A stretch of DNA of 64,000 nucleotides from Xylographa opegraphella (GCA_022813865.1 JALDZX010000037.1:62001-126000); one strand, 5' to 3'; shown: positions 1 to 14,458, counted from the stretch's first letter. A program made the numbers and translations. Notes: generated by a model not told the origin, from the letters alone.

Positions 1-1141
1 TGCTAGCTGGTTTGCATATGTGTCAGCGAATGAGGAGTGTTTGCTGGAAGACGTCCTAATCACCCCCGTAACTCCTAGACTTGTACCACCCCACATAGAG
101 GACAGCTGTTGACTGTCCCTACAGGCACACTCACTTGCCAAACAAGTTCACGAGCACTATCTGCCAAAACTTCTCTCTCATGATCCCAATGAAATCACCA
201 CGGAGCACGAGATTACCGCTCGCAATCGCCTCTTCAACGTCGATGGCTTTGGAGTAGCCTGGTATTCCCCAGCCAAAGAAGATTTTGGACAATGTGCTGG
301 TCTACGACCAGCCTTGTACAAGTGTGCTCAACCGCCTCTTCATGACACCAATTTCCGAAGCCTCTGTGCCAATACAGCGACAAAGGCTTGCTTTGCGCAT
401 ATTCGAGCAGCTACAGCCACTCCCATTGTTTCGGTCAACAACCATCCTTTCGTTTTTGTACGTATAAGTGCGGTTGACATGTTGAGTCGTCTGGGTTGCT
501 AAACTGATAAGGGTCGACATGCGTTCATGCATAATGGTGTAGTTGAGAGCTTTGTTGAGATATCGCGAGACATGTGCCAGCTGATGGACGATGATTCCTA
601 TGCCAACATCAGTGGATCGACCGACTCAGAACATTTCGCCGCGCTATATATCACCTTCCTGACAGAGGGAAAGGGCAAAAGCTCGTGGGAACAACAGTAT
701 TCGGTCACAAAGATGAGAGACGCAATGAAGAAAACAGTCAAGACGGTAGTCGAGCTACAGAAATCGAAACTCGGAGACAAATGTGAGGCAAATAGCTTGA
801 ACATTGCGACTACTGATGGATGTGTCTTGTTCGCAATGAGATTTCGAAATCATGCTCATGAACAGCCTCCTTCACTTTACTGGTCTTCCAAGGCGGGCGT
901 AACAATGAACTCAAAGTACCCCGATCATCCGGACGGCAAGGAAAATCCACGGGCATACATGAAACCAGAGGAGCACGGCAGCCATGTCATTGTCGCGAGT
1001 GAGCCTTCGACCTACAAGGCCAAGGAATGGAACTTGATCGAGAAGAATTATTGCATCATGGTGGAGGCTGATGGAAGCCTGAAAGTGGAGGAAATAGCAT
1101 ATCCTGCGGAGCTGAACTCCAGTGCCATAGGTGCCCTGTAA
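1..1141 (+). CDS. Class II glutamine amidotransferase (Ntn hydrolase, Dug3/EgtC-like), 5'-truncated by the window
   Basis: Spliced reading gives WFAY..CLLEDVLITP|AHSLAKQV..NVDGFGVAWY..HIRAAT..NNHPF|GRHAFMHNG..GSTDSEH..SLNIA..IVASEP. Introns ~68-125 and ~458-510; stop TAA at 1139-1141. Confidence 0.85.
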
Positions 1142-1417
1142 AAATTGAAAAAAGTTATGATGGTGATCTATTCAGACTCACTTTGCGGCAGGACAGTCTA
1201 TATAAGAGTCTTCTCGTAGATTTGGCAAGAGGGTGGTTCAATGTAAACAAACCCATAACCCTTTAAGGCTCAATAAGCGAAGCGGGCCAGCTCTTCTTCA
1301 TGACGTCTTCTCCACATGTCACACTCTGACAGCTACCCAGCTTGATATCATGGCGTCCACCTCACCACCCGTGGAACCTGGCTCTCCACTGCAATCCCAC
1401 TCATATCGTCCCATGAA

Positions 1418-2089
1418 ATGCCGGCCCAAGATCCCTCGCACGCGCAGGCGCTCCAAGACCAGTACGAAATACGCCCCGACCCTGTCGCCCTGACGCACAA
1501 CAACGATGAGCCATCGCAGAACGCCGCTTCGGGCGTCGACTATGAACCGCACCCGGAGAAGTCCATCCCCCTCTCCGCCGAGCACGAGAAGATCCTGAAG
1601 GCCATCACCAGCCTCTACAGCGGCAGCGCGAGCAAGGAGGACATGGAAGTCTACGCCCACGACGCCATCTACGACGATCCTTGGAGCTACTGCGACACGC
1701 GCTACAAGATTGCCGGGCAGTGGTATGGTGAGAAGCCCTCCGTCGATCGCGATCCGACACTCGGCACCATTGGCTCACAAAGTCCTCGTGGCGACATAGG
1801 GATCCCGAAAATCATGGCTTCGTCCCAGACGCTGGCGACGGAGGTCGTGTCCGATAAGCCGACGGAGATCATATATAAGCAGAAGCAGGAGTATAAGCCG
1901 CGGCCGCTGTATGTCAGCAAGGCGGTCAATAGCTTGGTGACGCTGACCCTGGACGGGGAGGGGAAGGTCCGGTATCATAAGGATCAGTGGAACGAGAAGG
2001 ACTATAGCCATTCGGGTCTGGGCAAGATCATGAAGGATTTGAATGGAGATCATTTGACGAAGATAACGCGGCCGCCTAAGGATCTATAA
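1418..2089 (+). CDS. Conserved fungal hypothetical protein, SnoaL/NTF2-like fold
   Basis: ORF with YAHDAIYDDP..IAGQWYG and VTLTLDGEGKVRYHKDQW. In-frame 72-nt intron 1728-1799 (GTGAGA..ATAG). Fold assignment is by recall. Confidence 0.65.
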   Translation: MPAQDPSHAQALQDQYEIRPDPVALTHNNDEPSQNAASGVDYEPHPEKSIPLSAEHEKILKAITSLYSGSASKEDMEVYAHDAIYDDPWSYCDTRYKIAGQWYGEKPSVDRDPTLGTIGSQSPRGDIGIPKIMASSQTLATEVVSDKPTEIIYKQKQEYKPRPLYVSKAVNSLVTLTLDGEGKVRYHKDQWNEKDYSHSGLGKIMKDLNGDHLTKITRPPKDL

Positions 2090-2741
2090 GGGTTCCAGAA
2101 GCGGTTGGAATGAAGTATTGACGATGTACGTTTATTAGCGCTTCATCTAGGGCTAGAAGATCCCAGGGGCTGAAAGCCGATACGCTATAGACCGCTGGAA
2201 GACCAGATATTCACTTCTATTCTTTCTATCTTGTGACTTTCATGTATACTTTAGAACCGTTTCATAAGGTATCATTTTCCTCATATGCTTTTAGCCACCA
2301 GATTAATACGAACAACTGATCAACTGTGACTTCGGCTTTCATTATCTCCCTTGAGTATCATCCCGGCCCCTGAGCTGATGTCGATCTACCAATGAAAGCA
2401 AGTCTTTGTCTAGATACGGTGAGCTTAGCCCCTCGAGGTCCAACGAGGCATTATGGCACCATGACCGATATGGCTGACCAACCAAGGACGCAACAAGTAG
2501 CAATCAATAGTCGGGAACGTCAAGAGCATTTTCCACGTTCGATATTGACCGGTAACATAGTCACGACAGCTACTGGAAGCAACAGATCTCTCAGACACCG
2601 ATTATGTAATTCCCTCGACACCACCCAACCTAGTTCTGCGTAGAACGACACGAAAAAGCCCAAAAAATGGCATTAGATTCCAACCGCACAACCTCGTCGA
2701 CCTCCTAGAACGCCAACGGAGGGCCTCCTCGTAAACCGCCA

Positions 2742-5700
2742 TCACAACTCCTCTTCCTCCTCGTCCAAAAGTTCGTCCAAGATCGAGTCTTCGACGACCG
2801 TCTGTTCTCCCACCCCGGCCTCCATCTGCGTCTCGTCTTCCATCGGATCCTCCAACCTGCTCTCCTCCAGTGCCGCCACGACGTCTCGCATCTGCGTATC
2901 TTCCGGCGTCTCTGCCTCTTCCTTTGCCACCGTCACTCCTTCTCGCGCGGCGCTTTTCCGCGGCGACGCTGGAGCCGTCTCGCCCAGTGCCTTGGAAAGG
3001 GCGGTGTGGAGCTTCGTCAACGCGTTCCGGGAGCCGGCGTCAGGCGCGATCTTCAGCTCGATGGCCTCGGCAGCGAGTTCGCAGACGGATTGGAGTTTCT
3101 CGAGGGTGGATGTCGATGTGATGTAGAGCTTGCCGAGCATGGAGAGGATGGGTTTCTTCTCTTCCTCTGAGTGGGCTATCATCAGTACATGGACACGTGA
3201 CTAAGGAGACCAAGCTTGAGACTAGACTTACTTGGACACCCGTGCGCCATGACCCGCTCGAGCAAAGCGTCTGCAAGGTCTAAATGGATATCTCCATTGA
3301 CAGCCTTGATTTCTTTTCTGCCTGCTTCGTCCCAGCCGGCAGCCGTGTCGTCCAGACCCACGAGCTTGCGGGCGTCCGTCCATTCAACCAACATGTTCGT
3401 CACGACCGTCATTCCTACCATTTCCTCGTCTTCATCTAGCTCCTCTTCCAGGCCCACAAGAGCATGCAGGACACCCGGTACCACCTTGCCCATCCTCTTC
3501 ATGTTTTCTTTCCGGCTATGGCAGTACACTGGAAGGAAGTAACTCAAAGCCTGCCTCATCGCAGCGTTCTCCTTGGTAGCCGGCTCGAAGAAGCAGATGA
3601 CCAGTTGCTTCAGTAGGTCTTCGTCTGTGATCACCAAGGTGAGCATTAACTTGCAGAGAGCGGTGGTGGCGGCGGATTGGACATCAGGCGCATGAGCTGC
3701 CTTCAGGCCTTTGTGAAAGACTTTGAAAATGGATTTGGGCATATTAGGCTCAGCCGATTGCGTGAGGAGGCTAGGGTGGGTCGTAAGTATATCGGAGAGA
3801 ATATGGATAGCTGTAATTTGGAGAGCATCGTGACCCTGCTTAAAGCAGTGTAGGAACAGGGTCAGGTTTTCTTCCGCGAGAGTCTTCCAACAGCGTCAGC
3901 AAAAGTTTTGCACTGTGCTTGCTCGACTTACCTTGTCCAACAGACAACAGAGCCCTAGACAAAGCAATCCCCGTTCACGTATCGGAGCTTCGTGACTCCT
4001 GACGGCAGGTACGACCAGGTTGTTGAGCATTGTGACGAGGTGTACGTTCTCTTGCAAGTTGTCTTCAACGTTCTGTAGCATACACTGAGCAATATGAAGA
4101 CATTTCAAGTTCACCAAAATCTCCTGAATTGCTTTCTGTTCATCTTGCTCGCCATTTTCTGACAACAGCTTCTTGTCTCCTTTATCTTTTGTCGGCGTGG
4201 TATCAGTCATCTCCGATCGTGCCGAGTGAAAGCTCTCATCTTCCCCTACTTCCGTAGCATCCTCAGAAACTATTGTATCGTGAACTTCAGCGACCGCTTC
4301 CAAAACGACACCACAGAATTCTCGTTCGGCTGCCGAGTCAGTACCACAGACAGTACGGAGAACCTCAATCACAAGCCTCGTAATCTCGTCTGGTAATTCA
4401 GCGATGGCCAAGCTCTCTCGAAGCAGAGAAAACATCTTCCTTCTTCCAACCTCGTCAGAGTAATCCAGAGTTTGCGCTATGTATAGAAGTTGCTCGACTA
4501 TGAATTCTTGCTCGACCGTGTTCTCCTCTTCTACTTGGTCGTTTGTATTGATAGACCTAATCCGATCGACAAGATCATTCGTGTATCGTTGTATGAAGAA
4601 GGCCAATTTGGTAACCTCAGGCATCTTCATTTCTACTAAAGCAGAATACTTTCCATCGTCTTGAGTACAGAAGTCGTTGAAGCTTCTTGCAAGAAACACT
4701 CGTTCCGCGGATAATTGGTCCCAAAAAGAGTCGTCGAAGCTAACTGCATCTCTGTAATCTGGTCGGCCATTCCAGAACTCTCGTAAAGCTTCTAGAGCCA
4801 CTCCATTCTCTCCCCCTGAGTTGACCACATCTATGCGCTCGAGCAATTCAAGCAGAGCACCAATATTTGGAGGAGGAACCTCGGCTAAAGCGTCACCTTC
4901 CGCTGGTATCCTAGTACCAGCACAGTCTTCAATCCATATTTCACTGAAAAGTTTGGCCGTTGCTTTTCGCACGTTCTCGTCTCTGTCGCGCAGACCCCAT
5001 CGAAGGAGTTTCTCCCGCATGGATAGCGACAGATGCCGAAAATCGCCAAGCGCAGGCAGCAGCCGCGAGTAAAGTGCTCTTCGGGTCGGCGGATCAAGAT
5101 CTCGAGCTCGCTCAAGTAAGAAAGGTAAAGTGCTAGGCGTCAAAGGCAGGTTTAGTAGTAGTGAGCGGCGCACCTCGGCGCTTGGGTCATGTTGCAAGAC
5201 CTCGAGCAATTTCTCCAATAGCCCACTGGATTCATCGCTACCGCTTTCCTCATCCTCTTGCTCCTCGTCGCCCTCGTTGCTTGCCAGGCGACCAAGTCCT
5301 AGCACAGCCTGCACGCGAACCGTTGGTTCTTTGTCCCGAATTCGTCTCAGTAAGCCAACTCTTACGAGATGGTAGTATTCATCGTCTATCGAATCTAGGG
5401 AGTTGATAATGTGAGAAATGATCTGAGTCGAACGGAATCGTGTCGTTTTCTCTTTTGCCTTGAGCAATGGTAGAATCACGGATAAGACATGCGATGTCAG
5501 CCTTGTGCTTGGGGTCTCAGGCAAGGACTGGGTATCGTCTGATTGTATCTGTGCCATGAGAGCCGCATCTAACCAATGTCAGCACTTCTCCTCATCTTTA
5601 ACCTCCCTATCTTCCGGCCTACCTTTCTCGCTCGCATGCCTGAGAAAAAGACCAAGAAACCTCAATATACGGTCCCCTACAGCTTCACTCTTCTTTATCC

Positions 5701-6037
5701 CTACCAATCGTAGAACACAACGCGCGAATTCCGCATTGAAGTCATCCTCGCCATGGTCATCCAGTTCGTTCTTGCCAGGTTTCGAAGGCTCATAACAGCA
5801 TGCTTCGTGTATTTTCCTAAGATTTATGACCAACTTCCGATGTCCAGCGGTAGTCTTCTGCGCGTCGCCGAAGATGACACATATCCTTACTCGTAGGGGA
5901 TTCGAAGGCCCTTCATCGGGCACAACAATCGATGGGTGGAGTCGCGATGCCGATGCGCGCGGATTCAAAGACGGTTCGGAGGCTTTGCGAGGGACTCGAG
6001 AACTGGTAGAAGTACGTGTCGATACCCTTCCAGGCAT
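2742..6037 (-). CDS. YCG1: Condensin non-SMC HEAT subunit CAP-G (Ycg1/Cnd3)
   Basis: ORFs 5579-6121 (start MPGRVS at 6037; DAQKTTAGHRKL), 3896-5557 (RIRDKEPTVRVQA, DPSAEVRR, ERARD, DYSDEVGRRKM), 3182-3742 and 2742-3182, joined by short GT-AG introns. Confidence 0.92.
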
Positions 6038-6126
6038 CTTGAGGTGAACCGTATATACCGTTGACTGTTGGCGATACACGCTGGTGGGAATGGTGGAATC
6101 GCTGTCAGAGACGCCAAGCATTCAAA

Positions 6127-6134
6127 GTAAACAA
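6127..6134 (+). promoter_or_regulatory. Candidate forkhead binding site GTAAACAA in the YCG1/cysB divergent promoter
   Basis: Exact match to the Fkh consensus GTAAACAA ~90 bp upstream of the YCG1 ATG. An 8-mer can occur by chance. Confidence 0.35.
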
Positions 6135-6317
6135 TTGATCGTAGCCAATGAGTTAGGCTTATATGTAGCCGGGCTGCTCCACCACGGATCGGAACATCTA
6201 TTTATGCTCCATGACGGAATATGGATATATGGTCGACTTGAAAATAAAACATAGTTCTCCGTGGCAATGATCCTAGCTTCTACGCATCCAAGGTAGACCA
6301 CCTCGCTTCAGGCAGCT

Positions 6318-7525
6318 ATGTTCCGACGAAGCGTCCGCCGCTTCGCGACGACCGCCTCGCGGGCTGCAGAGACACTCGCCCAGATGGAAGCCCCCAACCA
6401 ATACGGCATTCGCGTGTCCAAAGCCCAAGGGCATGTCAATGGTCTCGTCGGCGGTACGGAACCTCCTTCGTCAACCTTCTATCAAACCCCTACCTCCGAC
6501 TTACTAACAATTCTTGTTCCCGTGCAGCCATCGGCAACACCCCGCTCATCCGCCTAAACCGCCTCTCCGCCGAGACGGGCTGCGAAGTCCTCGGCAAAGC
6601 AGAGTTCCAAAACCCCGGCGGCAGCGTGAAAGACCGCGCGGCGCTGTACGTGGTCCAAGACGCCGAAGAGCGTGGCCTCATAAAACCGGGCGGAACCGTC
6701 GTCGAAGGCACGGCCGGTAACACGGGCATCGGGCTCGCGCACGTCTGCCGCAGTAAGGGCTACCAGCTCGTCATTTACATGCCCAACACGCAGTCGCAGG
6801 GGAAAGTCGACCTGCTGCGCCTGCTGGGCGCGAAGGTGTTCCCGGTCCCCGCAGTCGCCTTTGAGAACCCGGACAACTACAACTGGCAAGCGAAGCGGCA
6901 CGCGGAGAGCATGGACAATGCTGTGTGGACGAACCAGTTCGACAATGTGGCGAACCGGCGCGCGCATGTGGAGACGACGGGGCCGGAGATCTGGTATCAA
7001 ACGGACGGCAAGGTGGATGCCTTCACGTGCGCGACAGGGACGGGTGGCACGCTGGCGGGCGTGACGCGGTATCTGAAGACGGCGAGCGAGGGGCGGGTGA
7101 AGACATACCTCGCGGATCCGCCAGGGAGCGTGCTACACTCGTATATCACGAGTGGGAGTAAGCTGAAGGAGCGGACCGGGTCAAGTATCACGGAGGGCAT
7201 TGGGCAGGGGAGGGTGACGGACAACCTCAAGGATGATATCGGGCTGGTGGACGGGGCGGTGCACATAAGCGACGAGAAGACGATCGAGATGGTGTACCGG
7301 TGTCTGGATGAGGAAGGACTTTACTTGGGCGCTAGCTCGTGCCTGAATGTTGTAGCGGCCAAGGAAGTGGCGGAGAAGCTGGGCAAGGGCCACACGGTTG
7401 TGACAATCCTGTGCGATGGTGCGTACCGGTACGCGGACCGGCTCTTCTCGAAAAAGTGGCTGCAGGAGAAAAAGCTGTTGGAGGCGATACCGCCGCATTT
7501 ACAATCGTATATTGTGTTACCGTAA
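6318..7525 (+). CDS. cysB: Cysteine synthase (O-acetylserine sulfhydrylase, PLP-dependent), probable mitochondrial presequence
   Basis: [12 protein letters not shown] leader, intron ~6455-6527, then [23 protein letters not shown] (PLP lysine), [19 protein letters not shown]. Confidence 0.93.
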
Positions 7526-7761
7526 CGATACATAATGGAACAAATGGTCGATGGCCCATTAATATGAACATGATTCTTGATGATACTGGTACTCTATATA
7601 CGGGGACACCAAGATTATGTGAACTAGCTTCTCCCCTCAACTCTATAACACAATGTCGTGCTCATAAGCCTATTCTACGCAATGCGCCTCGCTAATGCAA
7701 TATGCCCAGAATGCTGAATCGTGAATAAGGTATCTCATGAACTTACAGGAAGGCCCTCCAC

Positions 7762-10700
7762 CTATTCATGCCCCTTGACCGCCTCACTCCCACGTGCCAA
7801 CCCCGCTAATACGTTTCCCAACCCAAGTTTCCCATGGACATGACTATTCTGTGACGCTTTTGTCAAGGATCTCTTGATCTCGTTACCAGCTTCGGATCTG
7901 CCAGTACTCATGCCTGTTCCATGTCTTGTAAAGGGCCGTGACAGATTGCCGTTGGAATCCATGGCCGTGTTCGACATACGCCTCTGCACTCTTCGTGCAG
8001 CGTCCTGGTCCTCATTCTTGTGTAAGGACTCGCTTGGCAAGAGAATAGCACGGTCGAGATCGTAAGGTAATCCACGATGACGTCCACGTATCTGCATGGC
8101 TACAATGACAAGCTTGGCGACGATGCCGAACTCGGCGCAAAAGGAGGCGTTGATATCAGTGTAACCGAGGGAGAGACCGACTGTACCGTAGGCCGAGACA
8201 ATCTCAAAGAGGCAAGCTGAAAAGTGAATGAGATTGTCAGCAGCAATTCCCGTGCTATTCGAAACCGTAGGAGATGTGGGAATGCAGGAATTAACTTACC
8301 CCAGAGAGAAAAAGCGGTGTCATTAGGATCCTGCAGCCTGTTGCCTTCTGCGATAGCAATGATGAAGAGTCCCAAGAAGACAAACCACAGATCGAAACTA
8401 AGTTGCCGCCGAAGATGCGCACCAACATAACTCGGTTCTTTCTCATCTGTCTCCTCTTCACCTCTTCCACCGTAGATACCAAGACTTTTTTCTTCGTAAA
8501 CGTTTGTGCGACGGACTGAGATAGCAATAGGAAAGACAGAGATATACATCATGATAAGGTAAGACACCTGGATGCCTGGATGGAGATCCGCAATGTTGAC
8601 AACGCTTGTGCCCGACGTACGTGTAGAAGCAGCTTGAAAGAGACCATCCAGAACACGGAATCCTGCAGGGCTAATAGAGGTGATTGCGGAGTCACCAAGC
8701 TTGATTTCATGTCAGCAGAAGCCCATCCAAACGTCATGAGTACGCTTACATCAAGAATAATGAAGAACACAACATCGATTCCATTCAGCAGAACCAAGAT
8801 CCAAAAGAGCCACCAGGTGGCCTCACTCGGGAATAGTAGCGTAAAACATCGTCGAGGGTGATCAAGCAAGAATTTCAATTCTTCCCACAAACCACTATCA
8901 TCCGGTATAAACTTTGTGATCAACCAAATAATAAGGCGGAGCATGCACGGGAATCCAGTGTTGCCGATGATGATCAATATAGTCCCTAAGAGTAACGGTA
9001 GCACAGCTAGCTGAAAAGAGATGAAGCTATCTGGTGTTAATGCGAAGCCAAGATCATTGAAGCATGTGGCTGCCGAAAAGATCCCCCTAAAGATATCTTA
9101 GTCGTATGTTCGGGATGGAGGACTCGGTGAGACTCACCACCAGGCTCGAGACTGCCCAGCGGCATCGACAATTGAGCCCCAGGTGTCTGTCAGTATGATC
9201 CAAGGGGTAAAGGTCACTACTCCGAGGAGATGGAAAAAGAAAAAATATGCTAAAATTGCCGTCAGAATGGTGTCATGAAATTAAGTATCCTCCTTCGAAG
9301 GTCTGAGAGACTTACAAACAAGTAAGACCGCCAATGTTTTCAATGATCTGTACTCGATACCTCCTAGTTCCTCCCTTTGCTCCTCGGTAAGATCTACGAA
9401 AGCAGAATTCCGTCCAATGGTGGGTTGCCAACTAAGATATGGTATAGGATGGCTTTCCTTGCTGGTGTTCGACCTCGATCCTTCGAATGTGTTGGACCTT
9501 GGTCGACCTGAAGATCCATGCCTTTCAAAAGATGGTGTATTTTCGGTACGATTGGTGGCCGTTTTTCTGAAAGTAAGCCTTGAGGATGGAGACGTCCGCC
9601 TGTTCTGCCGGGCCTGAACAGCTTTCGTTTCATCTATGGTAATATTACGGTGTACTTGGTCATTACGCTCAAGTTGCCCATCCTCCTCGTCTGGTGCAAT
9701 ATCATCATTGTTAGGAAAGCCCGCTGAATTGGTTGAGTCGCGACGCAACGAGTCCTCCCTATCATCTCGAGATAAATTCTGCGGCACGTCGCCTCGATCA
9801 AATTCTCGCGGTCCTGGTATTCGAAGAGCTCCCTTGTCTTTCGGGTTGCGCTGGTTCTCAAGAAAAGCGATTTGTTGCTCAGCGCTCATTTGTCGTGGTA
9901 TACGTTGATCTGTACTTGTTGCAGACGTAACTCGATTAACTTCGTCTGCGAACGTAATTTCACGAGTAAAAGGAGTATTTGGGGTTGGGGATGTTACTTG
10001 GGGCACCTCTAGATCCTCATTACTGGAACCTGGAGTCTCCTTTCGTGAATCTAATGAGTCGGGCGCGCTACCAACATCGCCATTGTTGTCAAGCCTGTAC
10101 GTTGCAGGAGTACCCATCCCTGGACCAAGGGACTGTCCTCGCCCGTGTAAGACCACAATGCTCCTGCCATTGACGCCTCGTTCTTCTTTTCCAGGATCTT
10201 TCTCATGTATTGCCTGGCTATTCGTCCGCGACCTGGTTCTCGTCTGTCTGGAGTTCCGTGCTTCTCGAACAGTATGTTGAAACCGTTTCTCGAACCAGTA
10301 CAATCGAACAAAAACCACGAATGTGTTGATAAAGATTGGGTTGGCTATCATGGCAATGAGATATATGACAACCTGGTCCAGAACATGTCAGCCAATATAT
10401 GGTAATTTGCAATTGGAGCGGCCTAACCTGTTGTTCGGTATAGAGCTTATTGACATCGACGCTAAGGCACTATAAGCCAGTGACCAGCAATTAACTCTTC
10501 CTTCGTTTTCTTTTTTCTCTTACGTGTTCAATCCACTCTGGGTAGCAGCACCACTGGCGAATAGCAAGGCATCGATATAAGCTATCCCACCGGCCGGATA
10601 GATGAGAATGGACGCCATTATAGTCAATCCCATTATGTACATGTCTTGGCGGCGTTAGAAGCTAATAGTTGATGGGGCACTACCAGTAACTGGTGTAAAC

Positions 10701-10815
10701 ACTTACAATGGCAGGTCATGAAGGTCAAGTGGCGCTTCTTGAAGGGAGATCCTGGGTTGTGTGCCTTCACCCATTTCCAGACGTCTCGCGGCGGACCAAA
10801 CACCATGTTCGACAT
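7762..10815 (-). CDS. TRK1: Trk-family high-affinity potassium transporter
   Basis: Multi-exon gene. Motifs: IDALLFASGAATQSG, ANPIFINTFVVFVRLYWFEKRF, EELGGIEYRSLK, GNTGFPC, LLDHPRRCFTLLFP, MMYISVFPIAISVRRTNVYEE, RGRHRGLPY. Confidence 0.93.
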
Positions 10816-12041
10816 CTTGGGAACGTCAATTGATTTGAACGGCCAAAGTAGAAAACAGGTTTGGCAGTGGTGCAAGCGGTCGGAGAGAGTTCCACTTTTC
10901 CGGACTTCTCGACCGTCCCCATCCAACACTTTTCAAAGATCGCACAATCGTTTCAGGTTGTCGAACAGCATTGCCGCCACAACTGTTGACACGTTCCGCC
11001 GTGATCAGGAAACCGCAGAGATAGGTCCCAACCGATATGTCGCGAAGAAGATGGTCCACGAATCCTTGCAAATCTTACGGAGCAAATGGGCCAGAATTCA
11101 CCCCTTGTCGTGCATGCAACTACCTCATGATTGCTGACCATACTCTGTACCGGGTAGCCACGTAACTTATAATTACCGTGCAGTGCGGGGTCTTGGCAGT
11201 TGCTTTCGGATGACTATATATTTCGAAACACCTTTAGCTCGTTGCTTTAAGTAGATCCTGAGACGTAGTGCACTAGGCCCATCTGGGTATCTTTCGATGA
11301 ATTACCATTTTATACCATCACAATACTTAATGGTAGGGCACTAATCTCAGCCCAGGATTATTGTCACGAGGCTCAAGTAAATCCTATAAATCACAGGGCA
11401 CGCAGAAACTATACCTTATGAAAAGCTTAAATATTCTAAACAAAAAGTGCATACGCTAAGACCTCGGACCGAAGTCTCAATTAAGAATTGTTTGTTCATA
11501 AGAAAGGCCAATCATCGAAAGGGGGAGAAAAACCGAAAACAACCTCAAGGCAGGGATGGTAGAAGGTTGATTAAAAACTCGACAAGCAGTATATATTGAC
11601 CGATCGACGTGCACGGAATAAATGTTCTACATCCGAAGTCGAAACGAGGTGGTATAAATACGCAGCCGTCAGAGATTCTTGCCCAAGATTCTACTTTGTA
11701 ACTTGGCTTTGTATTTTATGTATTGAAAATGACGATCGATGGCGCTTATCATGTCATTGTGCAATCGTGCATATCGATGTCTGAAGTATCGATTTCACCT
11801 TATCGTTGAATCACTGCCCGACTTCCTCCGAACCTCCATGTCAATTCTCGACGGTCTTGATGTACAGCTTTCCTGTTATACTAAATCCTCCGTAGACGCC
11901 GCTATCTAATAAGCGGCCTCCATACCAATGTCAACTCCAACCAGGCGTCAAAGATGCCGTACCAGGAAGCCAAGGTCCTCCGCCCATATCCAGTATTGAC
12001 TACAAACCCCACACGTAATTCATGAGCCCAGCTCAGACAAC

Positions 12042-14362
12042 CTAGACTCCACTTCTGTGCACCTGTGCGCCACCATTACGGATCTGGACCGTCTCTCTCC
12101 TCTGCAGAACTATCAATGCTCTGTTGAGAGCTTGCTCACTATACCCTCTGCCATCCACGAATTCTCGTTTCAAGGTTGCGAGGCTGGTACTCCATCCGAT
12201 TGGCAAGCGCCGCCGGAGCTCTTCTTCCACTTTGCTGACTTCGTCCATCAACTCCTTGCTGCCTTGCCCATCCCCTTGTTTAACTGCATCCATGGTCGAG
12301 GCGAGGAACAATCGGATCGCTTCGTCCACGTGGGTTTCAGTTGCAACGGGGGAGAGTGAGAGCTTCGCCAGCGATTCCGTAATGCGGATGATGGCTTCAA
12401 GCTGTCGAACGGTGATCGGAATCGAGGAACGGGCGTTGGCTGAGATTTCAGCACTGTGTACTTGTCGTCGAATTGAAACGAAATGAGAGGATAACTTTTC
12501 GGCAGCTTCTGCTGAAAGACGCGGAGCACATCGTCTATATCTGTTAGCTATATGTGCAGCCACAGCCGAGAGTGCAGACTCACGATTTGCAATAGCTGAT
12601 GTATCGTTTCATCTTCTCGAGCGGTATTTCCGCCTCAACCTGGTCTTCTAAGCCTCGGCCACCCATATGGATCCCCATCACGTGTCGAGCTATTCGCTCA
12701 TCTCGACCCTTTTCATGCTCATCTCGGACGATAAATATCATGTCGAAACGAGACAGGATTGTAGTTTGGAAGTCGATGTTCTCGCCTGGCGTCTTGAGAT
12801 CATCGTACCTACCAAATATGGGATTCGCGGCGGCAAGAACTGACGTTCGTGCATTGAGTATCGTAGTGATCCCGGCCTTGGCGATGGAGATTGTCTGCTG
12901 CTCCATTGCTTCATGGATCGCCACTCGATCTTCGTCTCTCATCTTGTCAAATTCATCGATGCAGACAACACCACCATCAGCTAACACCATCGCTCCTCCT
13001 TCGAGGTAGAATTCGCGTGTATTACTATCTCGTTGGACTGACGCTGTAAGACCTGCTGCAGAGGAGCCTTTCCCCGATGTGTAAATCGCGATGGGAGCCA
13101 CCTTTTCAACAAACTTGAGTAGTTGTGATTTAGCTGTCCCAGGATCACCTAAGAGAAGCACGTTTATGTCTCCGCGAAGCTTCATCCCATCCGGAAGTAT
13201 TTTCTTCGACCCGCCAAGCAGCAAACATGCAATGGCCTTCTTGATGTCTTGATTACCGTATATCGATGGTGCTATACAATTCGCAAACACTTCGTACAGA
13301 TCGGGACGTCTGCTCATTTCCAAGAATTCTTGTTCTTCCTCTTCGGAGAAAATGGCGTTGCCCTTGGCAGTATGATCCACGTCGCTGGTGATGCCTACGG
13401 CACGAAGATAAGGGTTTCGGATGGCGACTGCTGAATTCGATGAACCCTTCGAGCCCTTATTTTGGTAGATTGAGAACACCCCCATCACAGTACATCTCGA
13501 CCCTGGCACGACGCGATTAGTGAGGTATCGATCAGCAGAGATCAGAATGTGCCGTGGTAGTTCCCCAACCGGAACCTGATCTGGCGCCTCTTGCAATTTC
13601 AGGACTTGCTGATCTATGAACTGGCACTTTTCGTGCACAATAAAATAAGGATCGAGAGGACAGCTATCCGATGGATCTCCCGGCTGTTTAGGTCTTGAGC
13701 AGACTCTGGGTAGCGTTATACCTGTAAAGCCACCCGTTATTGGTAGGGTCTCGGAGTGCTGGCAATTCCGGCATTGTATATTGAGTGCAGTGGCTTTGGA
13801 CGAGAGCGTCGATGCGCCAATGACGATACCGGGGATTCGCACTAGGTGCGAGATGTTCAGAGCATCAAGGTCGCGGATCGATATCTGCGAGACAGTGGAG
13901 TGTAACAGTAGTTGATGTTCTGGAAGGCGGATGTCGTTGGCTTTCTGGGAAGGATAGACGACGCGGTTTGTACATTGCTTCAACGCTGCCTCGAACTGCT
14001 CGATAGTCAGTAAGACGGACCGAAAATAGGACTGGCTACGAACAAGAGGGATAACTTCGGTGGGCTCCGTGGTCAATTTATGCGCAAGCTCCTCGTCGTA
14101 CGAGATCAGGTGTGCGATGTCCACATCGCAGAAGTATTGCTTAACGAGAACATTCTGCCGGATCTGGTCCCTGTAAAGGATGTGAGATCGGGGTACAGCA
14201 GGCAATACTCGGAGGGCACGCGTACCTATAGATAAAGGCATTATCGAGGCGGAATTCGAGAATAAACTCGCGCAGCTGATTCTGTATCTGAGTCCGCGAA
14301 CTTTGCGCCGGGTCGAAATCTGGCGGCAGAACGCTCAAGGAGTAGACTGACTGACGGTCCAT
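12042..14362 (-). CDS. MCM5: DNA replication licensing factor MCM5
   Basis: Walker [10 protein letters not shown], Walker B IDEFDKM, SRFD arginine finger, Zn-finger CRNC..CSR..CPLDPY, start MDRQSVY. Three introns (~14172-14224, ~13998-14045, ~12536-12583). Confidence 0.96.
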
Positions 14363-14423
14363 GGTTGCTATGTTGGTGTGGGATCGATGGTTGATTGAAT
14401 TGAAAACGACATTTTACCGCAAG

Positions 14424-14458
14424 ACGCGATTTCCACAGTGATCGCGACGCGACGCGAT
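14424..14458. promoter_or_regulatory. Cluster of MCB-like (ACGCG) elements upstream of MCM5
   Basis: ACGCGATT...TCGCGACGCGACGCGATT lies 60-100 bp upstream of the MCM5 ATG; a perfect ACGCGT also sits at 14691-14696. Confidence 0.55.
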